A stretch of 64,000 nt of DNA from Gammaproteobacteria bacterium. Its GTDB lineage: Bacteria > Pseudomonadota > Gammaproteobacteria > Nitrosococcales > Methylophagaceae. The notes under the pieces were generated by a model. The model made no database searches. It saw nothing but the letters and a program-made list of their open reading frames with translations, and was not told the origin of the DNA. The stretch covers positions 1,705 through 65,704 of the forward strand of contig JACUUH010000008.1 of assembly GCA_014859375.1 (NCBI GenBank), read 5' to 3'. Each line of letters begins with the position of its first letter. The first letter of the stretch is position 1. Shown one piece after another: positions 1-10,501 of this stretch. Made by a program: the position numbers and the translations under genes.

Positions 1-267
1 ATAGCGATAAAAACGTCTTAGACTCGATAGTAATCTGGCATCACTTCGAACTTTACGACCTTCTCGCATTCGTGCGTTTTGATAGCGCTGAATATGTTCT
101 CGGCTTACCTCAATCAAGTCGATATCAAACTGGCGTAGCCAAGCTGAAAAAGCCAGTAAATCACGCTGATAAGCTTCAACTGTATTTTTACTTAGGCCTG
201 ATTCTAGCCACAATGAATCCAGAAAAGCTTGCAAATAACGCGGTTGGTTAATTGTTGATTTTGTCAT
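1..267 (-). CDS. xerD: tyrosine recombinase XerD, N-terminal 89 codons (gene runs off left edge)
   Basis: Truncated, so not in the ORF track. Reverse translation from ATG at 267..265 gives MTKSTINQPRYLQAFLDSLWLESGLSKNTVEAYQRDLLAF...SDARLLSSLRRFYRY. The FLDxLWLE...NT..AY.RDL and ARLLS..RRFY blocks match the XerD N-terminal core-binding domain. Confidence 0.8.
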   Translation of the reverse strand, partial: MTKSTINQPRYLQAFLDSLWLESGLSKNTVEAYQRDLLAFSAWLRQFDIDLIEVSREHIQRYQNARMREGRKVRSDARLLSSLRRFYRY

Positions 268-310
268 AAGTTCAGACTAGATGATTTAATTAGATAACAG
301 TCTAGCAAGC

Positions 311-351
311 CAAAACAAAAAAAGGGTATGACCTTGATAGGTCACACCCTT
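311..351 (-). terminator. rho-independent terminator of the rpsP-rimM-trmD-rplS operon
   Basis: On the minus strand: AGGGTGTGACC-TATCAA-GGTCATACCCT (11-bp stem, one G.U pair) followed by TTTTTTTGTTTTG, about 48 nt after the rplS stop. Confidence 0.8.
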
Positions 352-398
352 TGTTATTAACCAAAAGAGACCGACATCCGATCTCTATTTGATTAGAA

Positions 399-746
399 TT
401 AAGATAATTTTTCTTTGATACGTGCTGCTTTACCAGTAAGTTCACGCAAGTAGTATAGTTTGGCACGACGTACATCACCACGACGAATAACTTGTACACT
501 GGCAATTGCTGGACTATGTGTTTGGAAAACACGTTCTACACCAACGCCATTTGAAATTTTGCGAACTGTAAATGCAGAATGTAAACCACGGTTACGTTTA
601 GCGATAACGATACCTTCGAACGCTTGTTCACGTTCACGCTCACCTTCTTTAATTTTTACTTTTACAACAACAGTATCACCTGAAGAAAATGCAGGAATGT
701 CCTGTCTCATTTGTTCAGCATTTAGCTGTTCAATAATATTACTCAT
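399..746 (-). CDS. rplS: 50S ribosomal protein L19
   Basis: 115 aa. MSNIIEQL...[30 protein letters not shown] is typical L19. It is the last gene of the conserved rpsP operon. Confidence 0.95.
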   Translation of the reverse strand: MSNIIEQLNAEQMRQDIPAFSSGDTVVVKVKIKEGEREREQAFEGIVIAKRNRGLHSAFTVRKISNGVGVERVFQTHSPAIASVQVIRRGDVRRAKLYYLRELTGKAARIKEKLS

Positions 747-1504
747 TGTTCTACTCCAACTTCTTCCTGCCCATATTCGGCAATAAATTGTTCTAATAAC
801 GCTTTCTGCTCATCTGATAATGCTTCCATTATCAATAAGTCAGGCCGCCGTAACCACGTTCGTCCCAAAGACTGTTTAAGACGCCACTTTCGTATCGCCT
901 CATGATCACCACCAACAAGTACCTCGGGCACCATCTGTTGTGACAATCGTTCTGGACGCGTGTAATGTGGATGGTCTAAAAGACCCGCCATAAAAGAATC
1001 TTGCTGAGCAGATTCTTCATCACCCAATACGCCCGGTAACAATCTTGCCAGACCATCAATCATGACCATTGCAGCAAGCTCACCACCACTGAGAACATAG
1101 TCACCAATCGACCATTCCTCATCTATATTTTGTTCTATCAGACGTTCATCAATACCTTCGTAACGTCCTGCAACAAAGATCATTGTTTCTCTTGTTGCCA
1201 GTTCCTGCAAACCTGCCTGATCTAAGCGTCGACCTTGTGGCGATAAATACGCCACTTTGGTTTGCTGACCTAATTGCAACTTGGCAGCTTCAATCGCACC
1301 TTGCAATGGTTCGACTTTCATCACCATGCCAGGCCCACCGCCATAAGGTCTATCATCTACTGTTCGATGTTTATCCTCGGTAAAATCTCGCGGATTCCAA
1401 TAGTCCAGTGTTAACTTACGCTGCGTTACCGCACGCCCCGTTACACCATACTGTGTTATTGCATCAAACATTTGAGGAAACAAACAGACCACACCTATAC
1501 GCAT
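743..1504 (-). CDS. trmD: tRNA (guanine37-N1)-methyltransferase
   Basis: 253 aa with full-length TrmD-like sequence ([23 protein letters not shown]). Its stop overlaps the rplS start by 4 nt. Confidence 0.95.
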   Translation of the reverse strand: MRIGVVCLFPQMFDAITQYGVTGRAVTQRKLTLDYWNPRDFTEDKHRTVDDRPYGGGPGMVMKVEPLQGAIEAAKLQLGQQTKVAYLSPQGRRLDQAGLQELATRETMIFVAGRYEGIDERLIEQNIDEEWSIGDYVLSGGELAAMVMIDGLARLLPGVLGDEESAQQDSFMAGLLDHPHYTRPERLSQQMVPEVLVGGDHEAIRKWRLKQSLGRTWLRRPDLLIMEALSDEQKALLEQFIAEYGQEEVGVEQ

Positions 1505-1516
1505 GATTTTGTCACC

Positions 1517-2035
1517 TCAATAATCTAACTCCCAATCAACTCGGATATGCTTATTATCCAAATCAACCTCTTGAACAATCTGTTCCAATACAAATGGAAT
1601 TAATCGTTCAGTCTTGTTTTCTTTATCTTGCACAACAAGCACATCGTGAGCACCTGTTTCGAGCAAATTATCAACCGTGCCTAACTGTTGGTCATCAAGA
1701 TTGATAACTGTGAGACCAATTAGCTGAGACCAATAGAATTCATCTTGCCTGGTTGGTTTCATCTGTTGTCTGGTGATTGCAAGTTCACAACCAATCAGTG
1801 GCAAGGCTTGGTCAGGATCGGTTACACCGTCAATACCCATCACTATGCCTTTTCCCTGAATGCGTCCACCCGACACTTTCAACTCTAGCCACTCACCTTT
1901 ACGCAAAATGTATAAGGGTGAATAACTCAAAATATTTTGTTTGGGGTCGGTAAATGAAAACACTTTCACCCAGCCTTTAACCCCAAAGGCCCCAGATATT
2001 TTACCGACCGGGACAAACTCCTCGGAAGCACTCAT
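1517..2035 (-). CDS. rimM: 16S rRNA processing protein RimM
   Basis: 172 aa. GKISGAFGVKGWVKV N-terminus and a PRC-barrel C-terminus. Lies between rpsP and trmD. Confidence 0.9.
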   Translation of the reverse strand: MSASEEFVPVGKISGAFGVKGWVKVFSFTDPKQNILSYSPLYILRKGEWLELKVSGGRIQGKGIVMGIDGVTDPDQALPLIGCELAITRQQMKPTRQDEFYWSQLIGLTVINLDDQQLGTVDNLLETGAHDVLVVQDKENKTERLIPFVLEQIVQEVDLDNKHIRVDWELDY

Positions 2036-2063
2036 AACTGTTGCCTAAAACTCTAAACGCAGA

Positions 2064-2312
2064 TTAAGCTGCTGCTTGAGCTTGTTGAATTAACTGTGTA
2101 ACACGATCTGTAGTTTGAGCACCTTCACTGATCCAGTGAGTAATGCGCTCCATATCTAAACGTAAACGCTCTTCATTACCTTGTGCTACAGGGTTAAAAA
2201 AACCGACACGTTCGATGCAACGACCATCACGTTTGCTACGTGAATCTGTTACTACCACAGTGTAATAAGGACGCTTTTTAGCGCCACTACGAGACATTCT
2301 AATTTTTACCAT
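2064..2312 (-). CDS. rpsP: 30S ribosomal protein S16
   Basis: 82 aa. [31 protein letters not shown] is canonical S16. Confidence 0.95.
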   Translation of the reverse strand: MVKIRMSRSGAKKRPYYTVVVTDSRSKRDGRCIERVGFFNPVAQGNEERLRLDMERITHWISEGAQTTDRVTQLIQQAQAAA

Positions 2313-2399
2313 ATTGCTGCCTGTTGGAAAACTGGACTGAAAAACAGATGCATTTTACGCACTTATCCAGCGTTTGAAAAGCTTAACTTGACTTTATCT

Positions 2400-3767
2400 T
2401 TAGAAAGGCATGCCGCCGCCCATGGGAAACTTGCCACCTAAGCCACGCATCATCTTGGCTAACCCACCTTTCTGACTCATTTTTTTCATCATTTTTTGCA
2501 TCTGGGCAAACTGTTTAAGCAAACGATTCACATCCTGAATTTGGGTACCAGACCCTGCTGCTATGCGTTTTTTGCGAGAACCTTTGATAATATCAGGCCG
2601 CTGACGTTCGCGTTTTGTCATAGAGTTAATAATGGCTTCTAATTTACCCATCTCTTTATCATTAACTTGCTGTTTCGCCGCTGCTGGAATAGCTGACATG
2701 CCGGGCATTTTTTCGAGCATAGCGCCAATACCGCCCATTTTGCCCATTTGTCTAAGTTGATCGCGAAAATCTTCCAAGTCAAAGTTTTTACCACTTTTGA
2801 GTTTACCGGCCAGCTTTTCAGCTGAACCTAGATCCATCTTGCGTTGTGCTTCTTCAACTAAAGATAAAACGTCGCCCATCCCTAAAATTCGTGATACCAC
2901 ACGATCTGGATGGAATAATTCCAAGGCAGATGTTTTTTCACCTACCCCCATGAATTTAATCGGTTTGCCGGTAATATAGCGGATTGATAACGCTGCACCA
3001 CCACGAGCGTCACCGTCTGTTTTGGTTAAAATAACACCAGTAAGTGGCAAGGCTTCATTAAATGCCTTGGCTGTATTGGCGGCATCTTGCCCGGTCATGC
3101 TGTCAACGGTAAATAAGGTTTCAATTGGATTAATCGCAGCGTGGATCCGTTTGATTTCTGACATCATGTCATCATCAACATGTAAGCGTCCGGCAGTATC
3201 GATAATCACAACATCAACAAACTGTAGTTTTGCTTGTGCTATTGCAGCTTGTGCTATTGCAACAGGATCTTGATCGGCCTGGCTTGGGAAAAAGTGTGCA
3301 TCAACTTCGTTCGCTAAGGTTTTTAACTGTTCAATCGCAGCAGGACGATATACGTCAGCACTGGCGACCATCACCGATTTTTTTTGCGTTTCTTTAAGCC
3401 AGCGCGCTAATTTTGCAACGCTTGTTGTCTTACCTGCACCTTGTAGACCCGCCATTAAAATCACAGCAGGTGGTTGCGTATTAAGGTTCAGCGTTTCATT
3501 AGCTTCACCCATAACAGCAACAAGTTCGTCATTGACGATTTTGATCAGCGCCTGGCCCGGCGTCAGGCTTCGTAACACATCTTGACCGGTTGCACGTTGT
3601 TTAACTTTATCTACAAACTCACGTACAACTGGAAGTGCAACGTCAGCTTCGAGTAACGCCATTCGCACTTCACGTAAGGTATCTTTAACATTATCTTCTG
3701 TGATTCGACCTTGGCCGCGGAGCTTTTGAAGCGTACCGGCCAGTCTTTCACTCAAACTATCGAACAT
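2400..3767 (-). CDS. ffh: signal recognition particle protein Ffh
   Basis: 455 aa. NG domain with GLQGAGKTT P-loop, DTAGR, TKTDGDARGG, and a Met-rich M domain at the C-terminus. Confidence 0.97.
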   Translation of the reverse strand: MFDSLSERLAGTLQKLRGQGRITEDNVKDTLREVRMALLEADVALPVVREFVDKVKQRATGQDVLRSLTPGQALIKIVNDELVAVMGEANETLNLNTQPPAVILMAGLQGAGKTTSVAKLARWLKETQKKSVMVASADVYRPAAIEQLKTLANEVDAHFFPSQADQDPVAIAQAAIAQAKLQFVDVVIIDTAGRLHVDDDMMSEIKRIHAAINPIETLFTVDSMTGQDAANTAKAFNEALPLTGVILTKTDGDARGGAALSIRYITGKPIKFMGVGEKTSALELFHPDRVVSRILGMGDVLSLVEEAQRKMDLGSAEKLAGKLKSGKNFDLEDFRDQLRQMGKMGGIGAMLEKMPGMSAIPAAAKQQVNDKEMGKLEAIINSMTKRERQRPDIIKGSRKKRIAAGSGTQIQDVNRLLKQFAQMQKMMKKMSQKGGLAKMMRGLGGKFPMGGGMPF

Positions 3768-3921
3768 GATTCACCTTAAAACTTATGAGTTTTGCCAAAA
3801 CCTCGGCTTGAATAACTATGGCATTATAGCTCATATTATTACCAAGATTGTGTTTACATCGTTTATCATGATCAACACGTAAGACATGTAATGTAAAACT
3901 ATTATTTAGGAAGAATCTACC

Positions 3922-4728
3922 ATGGCTCTGGCTAATGCATTAGCTATTTTGCTTTATTTAAGCTGCAGCGTGATCTTGATACGACTGTTTTTGCAGAAAT
4001 CTCAAGCAGTTATTCCCCCTTTACTTTCTACAGAAATTTTGGGTCTGCTCGCGCTCATTTTTCATGCAAGTGATATCTTTTTCTCAATGAAACAGGTTGG
4101 TGGATGGGATTTAGGTTTATTCACAACATTAACCATTGCCTCATGGTTAATGGCCTTTTTAGCTTTTTTATTTGGTTTGCGTACATCCACTGCTCATCCT
4201 GGCATCGTGATCTACCCATTGACAATCATTACCCTTGTATTAAAAGAAAGCCTGCCTAGTGAACATGCAACTGCACTGACGGACCCTGCTCTTGAGTGGC
4301 ATATCTTGCTGTCGCTTGCTGCTTATAGCCTGTTCACTTTAGCAGCCTTGCAAGCACTTGCACTTTCATTTCAGGAACGTCAGTTACGTCAGCACCATAT
4401 TAATCGCTTTTTTCGACGGCTGCCTCCATTACAAACCATGGAAAAAGGCTTATTTCAATTGCTTGTTTCTGGTTTCGTTTTATTATCAATCGGACTCATT
4501 ACTGGTGCGATCTTTATCGAAGATCTGTTTGCACAACATCTTGTTCACAAAACCGTATTATCATTAGTTGCATGGTGCGTGTTTGCCACACTATTATGGG
4601 GCCGTAACCAATATGGTTGGCGTGGTACAACAGCTGTAAAATGGACGCTTACAGGGTTTGCTTTTCTTGTTATGGCATATTTGGGAACGAAGCTGGTTTT
4701 AGAATTTATCCTAGTACTCGCAGCTTAA
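3922..4728 (+). CDS. ypjD: cytochrome c assembly (CcsA/ResC-like) family inner membrane protein, YpjD-like
   Basis: 268 aa polytopic membrane protein. Divergent from ffh and followed by corB, as in the E. coli ffh-ypjD-yfjD arrangement. Confidence 0.7.
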   Translation: MALANALAILLYLSCSVILIRLFLQKSQAVIPPLLSTEILGLLALIFHASDIFFSMKQVGGWDLGLFTTLTIASWLMAFLAFLFGLRTSTAHPGIVIYPLTIITLVLKESLPSEHATALTDPALEWHILLSLAAYSLFTLAALQALALSFQERQLRQHHINRFFRRLPPLQTMEKGLFQLLVSGFVLLSIGLITGAIFIEDLFAQHLVHKTVLSLVAWCVFATLLWGRNQYGWRGTTAVKWTLTGFAFLVMAYLGTKLVLEFILVLAA

Positions 4729-4734
4729 ATCATC

Positions 4735-6012
4735 ATGCTTGAATCCACATCACTGACAGCTTTATTTCTGATACTGTTTATCTTGTTGTTATGCTCAGCT
4801 TTTTTCTCAAGCTCAGAAACAGCATTGATGTCACTCAACCGCTATCGTCTAAGACATCTGGAAACGGAGGGACATGCCGGTGCGATACGGGCAAGTCAGT
4901 TATTAGATCGACCCGATAGATTGATTGGCCTAATCTTATTAGGTAATAATTTCGTTAATATTTTTGCCTCAGCCATTGCCACCATTATCGGGGTTAAGTT
5001 GTATGGTGAAAATGGGATTGTTATAGCAACCTTTGCTTTAACCCTAATCGTATTGCTATTTGCAGAAGTGACACCTAAAACGCTGGCAGCACTTCATCCC
5101 GAGAGCGTGGCATTTCCGGCAAGTTTTGTTTTAAAGCCGTTATTATTTCTACTTTACCCCTTGGTTTGGTTCACTAATGGCATAACAAACAGATTACTGG
5201 GGCTTTTCGGCATCTCACCCGAAGAAACATCATCTGCTGCCATTAATAGTGATGAGCTTCGTGTTGCGTTAATGGAAGCGGGTAGCATTATCCCGAAACG
5301 TCATAAAAAGATGTTGGTCAGTATTCTTGATCTGGAGAAAGTCACCGTTAATGATGTTATGGTGCCGCGCAATGAAATTGAAGGGCTTGATATCAATGGT
5401 TCTTTAGCTGATATTATTAAGCATCTTTCTTATTGCAACAATACCAAGCTACCTGTCTATGAAGACGATATGGATCATTGCATCGGCATCTTACATGTCA
5501 GAAAAGCGATGCATCTACTTGCGCAAGGTAACTTCACTAAAGACACATTAAATACCATTATCAAACAGGCTTATTTTGTGCCTGAAGGTACACCGCTAAA
5601 TAATCAACTGATCCAGTTTCAACGTCACCATCGTCGTACGGGTCTGGTTGTAGATGAATATGGTGAAATAATTGGTTTAATTACGCTCGAAGATATCTTT
5701 CGTGAAATTGTCGGTGAATTTACGGCTGATACAATTGATCAAGATAAAGATATACACCCTCAAGATGATGGTAGCTTTTTGATCAATGGTACTGCCAATA
5801 TTCGTGAAGTGAACCGAAATAATCATTGGGATTTGCCAACTGATGGCCCTAAAACTATCAATGGCCTGATTCTGGAACTACTCGAAAGCATTCCTGATCC
5901 TGGTGTCAGTTTACGCGTTAAAAACTACGTGATTGAAGTTGTTCAAACTGCAAATAATGTCATCAAAACCGTTCGCATTCGTAAAGTTGCTGAGGAAGAG
6001 GAAACTAATTGA
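4735..6012 (+). CDS. corB: CNNM/CorB-family transporter (DUF21 + CBS pair + CorC_HlyC domain)
   Basis: 425 aa. N-terminal TM DUF21 region, central CBS-pair region (VMVPRNEI...) and C-terminal transporter-associated domain. Synteny matches yfjD/corB. Confidence 0.85.
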   Translation: MLESTSLTALFLILFILLLCSAFFSSSETALMSLNRYRLRHLETEGHAGAIRASQLLDRPDRLIGLILLGNNFVNIFASAIATIIGVKLYGENGIVIATFALTLIVLLFAEVTPKTLAALHPESVAFPASFVLKPLLFLLYPLVWFTNGITNRLLGLFGISPEETSSAAINSDELRVALMEAGSIIPKRHKKMLVSILDLEKVTVNDVMVPRNEIEGLDINGSLADIIKHLSYCNNTKLPVYEDDMDHCIGILHVRKAMHLLAQGNFTKDTLNTIIKQAYFVPEGTPLNNQLIQFQRHHRRTGLVVDEYGEIIGLITLEDIFREIVGEFTADTIDQDKDIHPQDDGSFLINGTANIREVNRNNHWDLPTDGPKTINGLILELLESIPDPGVSLRVKNYVIEVVQTANNVIKTVRIRKVAEEEETN

Positions 6013-7976
6013 TGGCTACGCCATTGCGACTTAAAGCCTGTGGCTTATCTGAAATCGATTACACGTCACTAAAATCAATGCTTGGACTTGCACATTCATT
6101 ATTAAATCATCCATGGATTTTAGTAGATGATGCAGATGCTGACCTTATTATTTATTCATTAGAAACTGAGCAGGGACAAGCTGCCTGGCAACAACATCAA
6201 ACAGGTTTTTCCGGCATCTTAACGACAGATATAAATCTGAAACAAGAAGTAGATATTATTCTTAAAAAACCTTTACGCACTAGGAATTTTTCTGATGCAC
6301 TTAACTCAATTGAAAGTAAAAAGAAGCTTTCAGAACCAGCACAAGCAATAACGAAAATCGCTGATAAAAAGCCGCCAAAACAAGAAAAACCCCAGAAAGA
6401 GAGTAAACCCTCCTTTTTTAGTGGGTTATCAATCAAGCTGACAGGCAAGAAAAGACCAGCGTCTGACTTGCCATCACTCACACTTTATTTACCTGAAATA
6501 AGAGATCACAGTCCAGACACAATTCTTGACCCTAATTTACTTAAACAATGGCTAGATGACTTGCCTGAAAATGATGTTGATAAAATCACTAGTGCAATAC
6601 TCGGCCATATTGTTCCTCTTAATCGCTCAAAGCTTGCTAGCAATACTCGTTTGGCATTATTGGATATTTATAGACTTCCAATCAACAAATTGATCTTTAA
6701 TAGAGATCTTAGTGCTATCAATAAAGAAATTCATTCTCCAGCAGAATTTTTGCGTTCGACTAGAGCATTAAGTCAGTTATTAGATGAATTAGCTATTGGC
6801 TATAAAATCATTATCAATGACAAATATCAGCAAGGTGAACGACCCAATTCAAATGATGCTTTTTTAGTTGCGATCATTCGAGCAAGTGAAATGTTAGCTT
6901 TGTTAATTGTTCACGCCTATCGCTATTATCGTTCTGCGCCAACTCATAGCCTGCATGAATTACATCAACTTTATATTTATTGCGAAGCAAGTAACACCAC
7001 CATTAAGACCATTACTTCAAAATCGCTCAATGCACCCGACTCGTTTCACCATTACTACTGCCAAATCATATTAACTGGTATCAGTGATCCATACAGTCTG
7101 CCTAAATATGAAGTGTTTAGATTATTCAAATTAATGGACTCAATGGCTGATAAAGTCATTATTAGTCGACTAAGTGAAAAACAAAAGCAATCGCCAGCCG
7201 GCTTTCTGGGCAGAGGTAGTTTTTGTGTTGACTGTTCTCGTGATCAATTACCAATTGCCCTCAATAAAACAGCAGATGTACTTCGCGCCTCTGAACTCAC
7301 TAGGGTCTTCAGTACACATGTCGTTTTGGAAGATATTGAAAAAATATTTAAGAAATATGCAAATACCAATCGCGGTGGCTACGATCTCGACTTTAAATTA
7401 TTGAAAAAAATTATCCCTCAGATAAATTCTTGTTATGAGCGTAAGTATCAACGACTTCCGGTAGTAAAGCACCGCCCTATAAATATCTCGTATGGTGTTA
7501 GTTCAACCTATACTTATCTTCAACATCAAGATAGTAATCATATTGTTGAATGGCATTTAATGAATGAGGGCACTCTGGGCATGATGGTAAGTCGAGATAG
7601 TGATAGTTATCGACGACTTAACATTGATGAACTGGTTGGGTTGTTTGAACCCGATCAACCGGCACAACTTGCGACAATTCGTTGGTTACATACTGACAAT
7701 AATGAAACAACCTTACTAGGTTTAGAAATTCCTAACGGTGAACCAACAGCGGTAACATTCACTGCTGATGGTGAAACTCAAATACACTATGGGTTATTAT
7801 TACCGGAAAATACAAAACAAGTCATGTCGATGATTGTTGAAAAAGGTGTTTATTCTAAAAACCGAATTTTACGCGTCAAGCAAGACAAGCAAACTTTTGT
7901 TATAAAAGTCGACGGGCTGATTGTGAACGGTTTCAATTACCAACAATTTAGCTATAACGTCTTAACAAATAATTAG
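6009..7976 (+). CDS. uncharacterised 655-aa protein; possible C-terminal PilZ-like domain
   Basis: Long uninterrupted ORF whose ATG overlaps the corB stop (ATGA). Has a Lys/Pro/Gln-rich linker. The C-terminal ~175 aa starts with RKYQR (RxxxR) and later has NEGTLG, loosely resembling the PilZ motifs. No family recognised by eye for the remainder. Confidence 0.6.
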   Translation: MMATPLRLKACGLSEIDYTSLKSMLGLAHSLLNHPWILVDDADADLIIYSLETEQGQAAWQQHQTGFSGILTTDINLKQEVDIILKKPLRTRNFSDALNSIESKKKLSEPAQAITKIADKKPPKQEKPQKESKPSFFSGLSIKLTGKKRPASDLPSLTLYLPEIRDHSPDTILDPNLLKQWLDDLPENDVDKITSAILGHIVPLNRSKLASNTRLALLDIYRLPINKLIFNRDLSAINKEIHSPAEFLRSTRALSQLLDELAIGYKIIINDKYQQGERPNSNDAFLVAIIRASEMLALLIVHAYRYYRSAPTHSLHELHQLYIYCEASNTTIKTITSKSLNAPDSFHHYYCQIILTGISDPYSLPKYEVFRLFKLMDSMADKVIISRLSEKQKQSPAGFLGRGSFCVDCSRDQLPIALNKTADVLRASELTRVFSTHVVLEDIEKIFKKYANTNRGGYDLDFKLLKKIIPQINSCYERKYQRLPVVKHRPINISYGVSSTYTYLQHQDSNHIVEWHLMNEGTLGMMVSRDSDSYRRLNIDELVGLFEPDQPAQLATIRWLHTDNNETTLLGLEIPNGEPTAVTFTADGETQIHYGLLLPENTKQVMSMIVEKGVYSKNRILRVKQDKQTFVIKVDGLIVNGFNYQQFSYNVLTNN

Positions 7977-7986
7977 GGATAGTAAT

Positions 7987-10440
7987 ATGCGTACAGCATT
8001 CAAATTAGTTAGCCTCGTTGTGGTGCTAGTCATCGCAGGTCTGATAGCAATTCCATTTGTAGTCGATCCTAATGACTACAAACAACAAATATCCGATCAA
8101 GTTGAAAAAGCCACAGGACGACAACTGACTTTACAAGGTGATATCGGTTTATCGGTGTTTCCATGGATTGCATTAAAATTAGGTCCGCTATCTCTGAGCA
8201 ATGCCAAAGGCTTTACCGCTGATCACTTTGCCAAAGTTGAGGCTGCTGAAATTCGTATAAAATTAATGCCCCTGCTTCAAAAACAGTTAGAAATGGATAC
8301 CATCATCCTTGATGGTTTGGTGCTTAATCTGGAAAAAAATAAAGCAGGCACGAGCAATTGGGATGATTTAACAGGTTCTGATAAACAAACAGACTCGAAA
8401 CCAACAGATGATGCTGCTAAAACTGATGATAATGCTGCCCCAGCACTTGCTGCAATTAGCATTGCAGGTATCAAACTCACTAACGCCAATATCCTGTGGT
8501 CTGATGCCAGTACAGGACAAACTGTTCGTATAGAAAAATTTAATCTAAACACAGATCCATTAAGTCCTGGCAAACCCACTGCAGTTGATATGGACTTTAG
8601 TCTGATTAGCACCAAACCTCAGGCAACAGTCCATGTTGCTCTTGACTCAAAAGTAATGGTTGATCTTGATAAACAGCACTACGCATTATCGGATCTAACT
8701 TTGAAAACTCAAGCTGAAGGTAAAGCGTTGCCTTTCACAACAGCGGATATTGAATTATCAGGTGACATTAATGCTGACATGATAAAACAACTTGTTGCCA
8801 TTAATGATTTAGTACTTGCAGCGAAAGTAAACAAAGATCAGCAGGCTATTGATGCCAAACTTACAACAAATTTAACTACACATCTTTCAAATCAACAAAC
8901 TCAGCTAAAATCCGTTAATTTGTCTGCGACTGTTACAGATCCCAATCTGCCAACAGGCAAAGTTAACGTTAAATTAACTGCAGATATTGCGGCCGATATG
9001 CACAAACAAACGCTAAGCCTGTCAGCACTCGCACTTGAAGTCTATGACGTAATTATTAATGCTGATCTATCAGCAAATAAAATCTTGTCAGATCGCCCTG
9101 CTTTTTCTGGCAAACTCAATGTTAAGCCATTTAACCTTCGTCAGTTAGCTAACAAGCTGGCGATTGAGCTACCAGTGATGGCAGATGATTCAACACTAGA
9201 GCTGGTTCAGCTTGATACTGATTTTATCGGCTCAAGCACAAGCTTTGATGCAAAACAACTCAAACTAACACTCGATCAAACTAATCTGACCGGTCAATTT
9301 GCAGTAACTGATTTTGCCAAGTCTGCACTCAAATTTGCATTAGTCTTAGATGAAATTGATGCAGATCGTTACTTGCCACCAGTAACTGATAAAACAACTG
9401 CTGCACCACCCGCAGCTTCAGCAGCAGCTGGGGCGAGTCAACTGCCACTTGAAACATTAAGACAAATCAATGCTCAAGGAACCTTTGATATTGGCAAATT
9501 GAAAATCAGTGGCACTCATAGTGAAAAAATTCATCTTCAAATCAATGCGGCCAATGGCTTAATCAAACTCAGTCCAATCAGTGCCAATCTTTATCAAGGA
9601 AAATATCAAGGCAACGTTAAGCTTGATGCCACAGGCAAAAGCTTAAAACTGTCAATTGATGAAAACCTAAAGAATGTTCAAGCCGGCCCTTTGTTAAAAG
9701 ATCTTAAAGGTGATGACACCATCTCGGGGTTGGCTAATGCCCAGGTCAAACTTTCCGGTAATGGTGCAACCATTGAACAAATCAAACAAACACTGACAGG
9801 CAATGGTCAATTTTCATTCACTGATGGTGCTTTAAAGGGAATCAATATTGGTGAAAGCATTCGTAAAGCAAAAGCGGCGTTAAAAGGTGAAACAGTAGCT
9901 GAATCTGAGGCCCCCCTAAAAACAGACTTCTCAGCCTTATCAGGCTCCTTTAGCGCAACCAATGGCATTATCGATAATCAAGACTTATTAGCAATGTCGC
10001 CGCTTTTACGCATTAATGGTGCCGGCAAAGTTGATTTGCCTAAAGAAGGAATTGATTATGGACTCAAAGTATCAATCGTCGGCACATCTAAAGGACAAGA
10101 TGGTAAAAGCCTTGATGAACTTAAAGGTTTAACCATTCCAGTAAAAATCACAGGTACCTTCTCTGAACCCAAACCAAGCGTCGACTTAGCCAGCTTATTA
10201 AAAGACAAGGCAACACAAGAAGTTAAAGCAAAGGTTGCAGACAAACTCAAAGATAAAGTTGGTGGTGAACTTGGCGGCCTTCTTGGTGGCGCACTGGGCA
10301 TTACTAGTCAACCAGAATCGACACAAACACCAGCTGAGACTGCAACTGAGCCAGCACCTGAGCAAACTGAAAAGCCTGCTCCATCAGTTGAAGATCAGGC
10401 TAAAGATGCCTTGAAAAATAAACTAAAAAGTTTGTTCTAG
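7987..10440 (+). CDS. asmA: AsmA family outer-membrane assembly protein
   Basis: 817 aa. N-terminal anchor plus DPNDYKQQISDQVEKATGRQLTLQGDIGLSVFPWIALKLG is the typical AsmA N-terminus. Long beta-rich repeat body and a low-complexity acidic/Pro-rich tail. Confidence 0.85.
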   Translation: MRTAFKLVSLVVVLVIAGLIAIPFVVDPNDYKQQISDQVEKATGRQLTLQGDIGLSVFPWIALKLGPLSLSNAKGFTADHFAKVEAAEIRIKLMPLLQKQLEMDTIILDGLVLNLEKNKAGTSNWDDLTGSDKQTDSKPTDDAAKTDDNAAPALAAISIAGIKLTNANILWSDASTGQTVRIEKFNLNTDPLSPGKPTAVDMDFSLISTKPQATVHVALDSKVMVDLDKQHYALSDLTLKTQAEGKALPFTTADIELSGDINADMIKQLVAINDLVLAAKVNKDQQAIDAKLTTNLTTHLSNQQTQLKSVNLSATVTDPNLPTGKVNVKLTADIAADMHKQTLSLSALALEVYDVIINADLSANKILSDRPAFSGKLNVKPFNLRQLANKLAIELPVMADDSTLELVQLDTDFIGSSTSFDAKQLKLTLDQTNLTGQFAVTDFAKSALKFALVLDEIDADRYLPPVTDKTTAAPPAASAAAGASQLPLETLRQINAQGTFDIGKLKISGTHSEKIHLQINAANGLIKLSPISANLYQGKYQGNVKLDATGKSLKLSIDENLKNVQAGPLLKDLKGDDTISGLANAQVKLSGNGATIEQIKQTLTGNGQFSFTDGALKGINIGESIRKAKAALKGETVAESEAPLKTDFSALSGSFSATNGIIDNQDLLAMSPLLRINGAGKVDLPKEGIDYGLKVSIVGTSKGQDGKSLDELKGLTIPVKITGTFSEPKPSVDLASLLKDKATQEVKAKVADKLKDKVGGELGGLLGGALGITSQPESTQTPAETATEPAPEQTEKPAPSVEDQAKDALKNKLKSLF

Positions 10441-10459
10441 GCATGACTCACTCATTTAT

Positions 10460-10497
10460 ACCGGGGTCAAAAGCTGACTCCGGTTCACTATTCTATT
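10460..10497 (+). terminator. possible terminator after asmA
   Basis: ACCGGGGTCA-AAAGC-TGACTCCGGT (10-bp stem, one G.U) followed by a U-rich but interrupted tail TCACTATTCTATT. Confidence 0.35.
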
Positions 10498-10501
10498 AAC
10501 T

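Noticed and set aside
302-786. ORFs 302..532 (-) and 460..786 (+) overlapping rplS and its terminator.
   Set aside because: They are fully explained by the bona fide L19 gene in another frame or strand. The 302..532 ORF would run through the terminator hairpin.
8277-10301. Antisense ORFs 8277..8615 and 10056..10301 within asmA.
   Set aside because: These are shadow ORFs opposite a well-supported long gene, with low-complexity Ser/Pro/Leu-rich translations.
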